This document shows, piece after piece, positions 54,695-58,347 of a stretch of DNA of 58,347 nt. The stretch is from contig CAYRLZ010000060.1 of the NCBI GenBank assembly GCA_964425275.1, forward strand, positions 1 through 58,347, read 5' to 3'. A model generated the notes under the pieces. The model was not told the origin of the DNA, made no database searches, and saw nothing but the letters and a program-made list of their open reading frames with translations. The stretch comes from an uncultured bacterium. Its GTDB lineage: Bacteria; Hydrothermota; Tepidihabitantia; Tepidihabitantales; JBDRVQ01. The translations under genes were made by a program, and so were the position numbers. The first letter of the stretch is position 1. Every line of letters starts with the position of its first letter.

Positions 54695-55168
54695 TCACTT
54701 CTTATATTTTTCAATGTAATACTCCTCTGAGTAAGATGGCAAATCCTCCTTAGAAATAATTTCAAACTCAATCTTATTCTCATGAAGAAATTTAGTTATG
54801 CTTAGTAAAGGGAGATCTAAAAAATAAATTTTATTTACGTCGCTATACTCAAATTTTACATTCTTACCTCTCCATTCCGCTTCCCAGAAGGGCATGTCAT
54901 AAAAATCTTGGCTATTTTCTTCCACATCGTACCGATAAGGATAAATTTTGTTTTTCTCCATTAAGCGTCTTGCCGATAATTCAATTATTACATCACCGTA
55001 GAAAGAAAGATAATCGCTCAAAATATCCGAAAAGCTAATAGTATCTTCGTCATAGCCACTTATTCGCCTTCCTTTTGGAGTAAAAACTTTTTCTTCCAGT
55101 ATAGCAATAAGGTTACTTAGAGATGTTGCGTGATATAAATACTTTGGGAAATTGCCTCCTTTTTTCAT
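54695..55168 (-). CDS. Unknown 157-aa protein inserted between the methyltransferase and the candidate endonuclease
   Basis: The start overlaps the MTase stop (ATGA). N-terminal LYHATSLSNLIAILEE and central WEAEWR motifs. Confidence 0.6.
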   Translation of the reverse strand: MKKGGNFPKYLYHATSLSNLIAILEEKVFTPKGRRISGYDEDTISFSDILSDYLSFYGDVIIELSARRLMEKNKIYPYRYDVEENSQDFYDMPFWEAEWRGKNVKFEYSDVNKIYFLDLPLLSITKFLHENKIEFEIISKEDLPSYSEEYYIEKYKK

Positions 55169-56121
55169 TCAACCACCTCTAAGTTTAGATAATTGTTTAT
55201 GTATTTTTTACCTGTAAATGATAAGTCAAGTATCTTTAATGAACATTTAAACCTTTGTTCTATGCCTTTTACATACTTCGGATTGACTTCGATCATAACG
55301 AAATCCCTTTTTAATGCCTGTGCCACATATCCAGTTGTTCCTGTCCCCGCTACAGGGTCCAAAACCAAATCTCCTTCCTTGGTCGATACCAAAATCACTC
55401 TCCTAAGAAGTTCTATCGGTTTTTGTGTAGAGTGTAGCTTTTTCCCACTTTCATCTTTTAGTCTTTCATCACCCCAGCAGAGAGGTAAAACCCAAACATT
55501 TGCACCAACTTTTCCGATGCCAAACCTTTTGGCGTATTCTTTATTAAAAGTGTATCCCTTAACATGTTTATCCTTTACCGCCCAAATTAAGGTCTCGGTA
55601 GCATTTGTGAACCTCACACCTAACCAATTGGGCATTGGGTTGGTCTTTACCCAAATCACATCGTTGAGAATCCAATAGCCTAAATCTTGCATAATTTTCC
55701 CAATTCTAAAAATGCTGTGGTAAGTAGCAATAACCCAAATTGTAGCAGTTTTTTTCATTACTCTTTTTACCTCCGTGAGCAATTTTTTGATAAATTCATC
55801 GTATTCTTGAAAAGAGGAAAATTTATCCCATTCGTCATTTACCCCTTCAACAACAGTTTTTACCTTCCACCGTCTTAATTCTTTATTTGGTAACTGCAAA
55901 AAATAAGGCGGGTCAATAAAAACCATGTCAAAGACCTCGTCTTCTATTCTTGGGAGAACCTGGAAGGTGTCGCCTAAGATAACTTTATTTCTGATTTCGT
56001 CAATTTTATAAATAGCCTTCCGGTCATTATCCTTTACCAATATCCTCCTACCTTTTCTTTGGCGTCTTTCGTATTTAAACAGAATTTCCTGTTTGGTTTT
56101 AGATTTATCTTTTTCTCCCAT
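55165..56121 (-). CDS. Beta-class N6-adenine (or N4-cytosine) DNA methyltransferase, CcrM/M.HinfI-like
   Basis: FIDPPYF first, then IWVIATYHSIFRIG, NDVIWVKTNPMPN, FTNATETLIWA, HSTQKP and DPVAGTGTTG. This circularly permuted motif order is that of beta-class enzymes. Confidence 0.9.
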   Translation of the reverse strand: MGEKDKSKTKQEILFKYERRQRKGRRILVKDNDRKAIYKIDEIRNKVILGDTFQVLPRIEDEVFDMVFIDPPYFLQLPNKELRRWKVKTVVEGVNDEWDKFSSFQEYDEFIKKLLTEVKRVMKKTATIWVIATYHSIFRIGKIMQDLGYWILNDVIWVKTNPMPNWLGVRFTNATETLIWAVKDKHVKGYTFNKEYAKRFGIGKVGANVWVLPLCWGDERLKDESGKKLHSTQKPIELLRRVILVSTKEGDLVLDPVAGTGTTGYVAQALKRDFVMIEVNPKYVKGIEQRFKCSLKILDLSFTGKKYINNYLNLEVVE

Positions 56122-56126
56122 ATTGC

Positions 56127-56753
56127 CTACCTACTTTTCCTAATGACCCGATTGCCGACAATCGCTAACTTTCCTTCGCAGAAGAGTTTTATCGCCTCCT
56201 TATAAGCCAAATGCTCTTCTTTTAATACCCGCTCCGCTAAACTCTCAACCGTATCGTCGTCCTTCACCTCCACCACCCTTTGGAGAATGATCGGTCCGCC
56301 GTCAACATCCTCGGTGACAAAATGGACCGAACAGCCGGAAAACTTTGCCCCGGAAGCCAGAACCGCCTCGTGGACATTTTCGCCATATAAACCCTTAAAT
56401 GCCGGCAAGAGTGCCGGATGGATATTCATTATCCGACCGCGATAGTGATTGACGAAGTAAGGGGAGAGGACGCGCATAAAACCCGCTAAGCAGACCAAAT
56501 CTACCCGCCTTTTATCTAATTCTTCAATCAGTGCCCTTTCAAATTCCTCACGGCTGGAAAATGCCTTATGCGAGATAAAAAGGGCCGGGATATTATGCCT
56601 TCTTGCCCTTTCTAAGGCGTAGGCATCCTTCTTATTACTGATGACGACAACCACCTCAGCCGGAATCTCTTTTCTTTCACAGGCATTAATGATTGCCTGT
56701 AAGTTCGTTCCCCCTCCGGAAACCAAAACACCAACCCTTTTCTTTTCGGCCAT
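56127..56753 (-). CDS. purN: Phosphoribosylglycinamide formyltransferase
   Basis: VLVSGGGTNLQAII, INIHPALLP and the active-site Asp region. Confidence 0.95.
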   Translation of the reverse strand: MAEKKRVGVLVSGGGTNLQAIINACERKEIPAEVVVVISNKKDAYALERARRHNIPALFISHKAFSSREEFERALIEELDKRRVDLVCLAGFMRVLSPYFVNHYRGRIMNIHPALLPAFKGLYGENVHEAVLASGAKFSGCSVHFVTEDVDGGPIILQRVVEVKDDDTVESLAERVLKEEHLAYKEAIKLFCEGKLAIVGNRVIRKSR

Positions 56754-56758
56754 AACTT

Positions 56759-56786
56759 ATGATATTAAAAAAAACTTGGCTGTCAA
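56759..56786 (-). promoter_or_regulatory. sigma70-type promoter 5 nt upstream of the purN ATG
   Basis: Minus strand: TTGACA, 16 nt, TATCAT. Confidence 0.55.
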
Positions 56787-56789
56787 CTG

Positions 56790-56817
56790 TTGACTTTTTT
56801 TGAATTTTTGGTATAAT
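56790..56817 (+). promoter_or_regulatory. Divergent sigma70-type promoter; its -35 box lies 3 bp from the purN -35 box
   Basis: TTGACT, 16 nt, TATAAT with TGn extension. Confidence 0.6.
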
Positions 56818-57036
56818 ATTATTCCTAAGGAACGAAAAGTTGCCTTAGGAAAATATAAATAAAACTGGTGGTCGAGAAGGTGGTCCAAATCAGATTAGGT
56901 AATGAGAAGAGCAAATTGCCAAAAGAAAGGTAGCGGTGCCACCGTTACCTTATTACAAATATCGGCCTTTGCTCATCGCTGTCATCATTTGCAAAGAGGT
57001 TCTCTTTTTATGGCAGAAGAATCTGCCAAGGAGGGA

Positions 57037-58347
57037 ATGATGTCAAGGATTAAATTTCCCATTTTTATCTTAATCTTAGCCAGTATTGCGCTAGCGCAAA
57101 ACTGGGTTTACGGACCTGTTCATCCGGTTGGAAGACACCGATGGGATGCCGAATACTTTCCAACGACGAATAAGGTCTACTTCTTCCCGGGAAGAATTTC
57201 TACTACCTACTATAACGAAATCTATAGTTATGACCCAGTTACGCAGGCCTATTCCGGCGTTCTTAATAGTCTGCCAATAGCCATTGCCAACTATGATATC
57301 TGCTTGCTCCGTGATGATTATGACCTACCAGCCGGCGACACCTATGGACTTTATTGCATTGCCGGGAGTATCTCCGGTGGATATACGAATGCGGTTCAAG
57401 TTTACTACCCGGTTACTAATCAGACAAGGATAATAACAACTGACCCTTATGGACTTGCTTATGGTGCTGTTACGGCGGTGGTCTGTGACAATAAAATCTA
57501 TGCCTTCGGTGGCTTTGCTGGTGGTCCTCCGACGAACCAGGGATGGGTTTATGACCCCAGTGCACCTCCCGGCACACGCTGGACGCCTCTACCCAATCTG
57601 CCCTTAGCCCGATGCTATATGATGGGTGCGGTCGTTGATAGTTTTGTCTATGCACTGGGTGGTGATACATCTGACGGTGTGTCTTTGTATCCTCGGAGTG
57701 AATGCTGGAGGCTTAATACCCGGAATCTCGGAGAAGGCTGGCAGGCAATCACTCCTCTCCCTTATCCGACCGATCAATCAAGGGCTTTCGGTTTTAGTAG
57801 CCGAAGTCCTTATGGCTTTGAAAAATGCATCATCGTTGCCGGCCGCGGGTATTGGCCATCTGAATCAAACGAGAGTTTCATCTACAATACCCAAACTAAT
57901 GTCTGGACAACATTTCCTAATCTAATTCAGGCACGACGCAACCACGCTGGGGCATTCATACCCGGAACCCAAAATAGTAACGGTATCCCCGGAATCTGGG
58001 TTTGGGGTGGAAGGCAGGGAAGTGACCTTACCTGCTTAACTCAGTCCGAATACTATCAACTAAGATATACGGTGCGGGATGTCGGTGTGACAAAGATTAT
58101 AGAGCCAACCGGGATGAAAGAATTGAACACCCTGGTTATTCCGGCTTGCTCGGTCTATAACTTTGGCAATACCACTGAGAGTTATACAGTTCGGATGAAG
58201 ATTGGGATACACTATGACAGCACAGTCAGTGTCTCGGGTCACGCTCCCGGAGAGTATCTTTATATTACATTTCCGGAATGGATTGCTGGTCCGGTGGGAA
58301 CACGGACGGTCTCCTGTTCAACCGAACTTGACGGTGATATTGACCAA
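57037..58347 (+). CDS. Secreted Kelch-like beta-propeller protein followed by CARDB-like domain(s); the 3' end runs off the window
   Basis: Not in the track because it has no stop in the window. It is open for 437 codons from ATG 57037 after AAGGAGGG. Signal peptide MMSRIKFPIFILILASIALA. Repeated IYAFGG / VYALGG blades. DVGVTKIIEP...VYNFGN is CARDB-like. Confidence 0.75.
   Translation, partial: MMSRIKFPIFILILASIALAQNWVYGPVHPVGRHRWDAEYFPTTNKVYFFPGRISTTYYNEIYSYDPVTQAYSGVLNSLPIAIANYDICLLRDDYDLPAGDTYGLYCIAGSISGGYTNAVQVYYPVTNQTRIITTDPYGLAYGAVTAVVCDNKIYAFGGFAGGPPTNQGWVYDPSAPPGTRWTPLPNLPLARCYMMGAVVDSFVYALGGDTSDGVSLYPRSECWRLNTRNLGEGWQAITPLPYPTDQSRAFGFSSRSPYGFEKCIIVAGRGYWPSESNESFIYNTQTNVWTTFPNLIQARRNHAGAFIPGTQNSNGIPGIWVWGGRQGSDLTCLTQSEYYQLRYTVRDVGVTKIIEPTGMKELNTLVIPACSVYNFGNTTESYTVRMKIGIHYDSTVSVSGHAPGEYLYITFPEWIAGPVGTRTVSCSTELDGDIDQ

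Overview
58.3-kb bacterial chromosomal window. It is probably from an uncultivated T9SS-bearing (FCB-superphylum-like) lineage: five predicted secreted proteins end in T9SS C-terminal sorting domains, and a PorY/PorX-like two-component pair is present. I call about 55 CDS, one tRNA-Leu(CAG), no rRNA and no CRISPR. Most of the window is housekeeping: trmI, a BtuFCD-like ABC importer, ffh, rpe, fmt-def, yajC, nadD, carAB, lspA, iscS, rnhC, rlmN-rodA-mrdA-mreDCB, ispG-murA, lipA and purN. The unusual content is as follows. (1) Four dispersed non-coding arrays (about 2761-3207, 29637-30024, 40644-40911, 50160-50450) consist of strictly phased 12-nt units with a 5-6-nt core, CTATT in two arrays and CTAATT in the other two. 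They share a conserved head (AAGATAGGGGGT plus an upstream block), hold 16-18 units each, and are collinear between paralogues. I do not recognise this family, and it is my best candidate for something new. (2) A 47-nt element with a perfect 7-4-7 palindrome lies upstream of both the mreB and murA promoters. (3) An in-frame fusion joins apolipoprotein N-acyltransferase to a C25 (gingipain-like) peptidase and a T9SS CTD, and an intact signal-peptide-like segment sits at the junction. (4) An AT-rich island carries a CcrM/HinfI-type methyltransferase, an unknown 157-aa gene and a PD-(D/E)xK-like candidate endonuclease. (5) The PorY/PorX-like pair is translationally coupled to an extended phosphoribosyltransferase. 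(6) Consensus sigma70-type promoters recur only 5-13 nt upstream of start codons, which implies leaderless mRNAs. All protein calls rest on motifs read by eye from the supplied translations. No database search was run.
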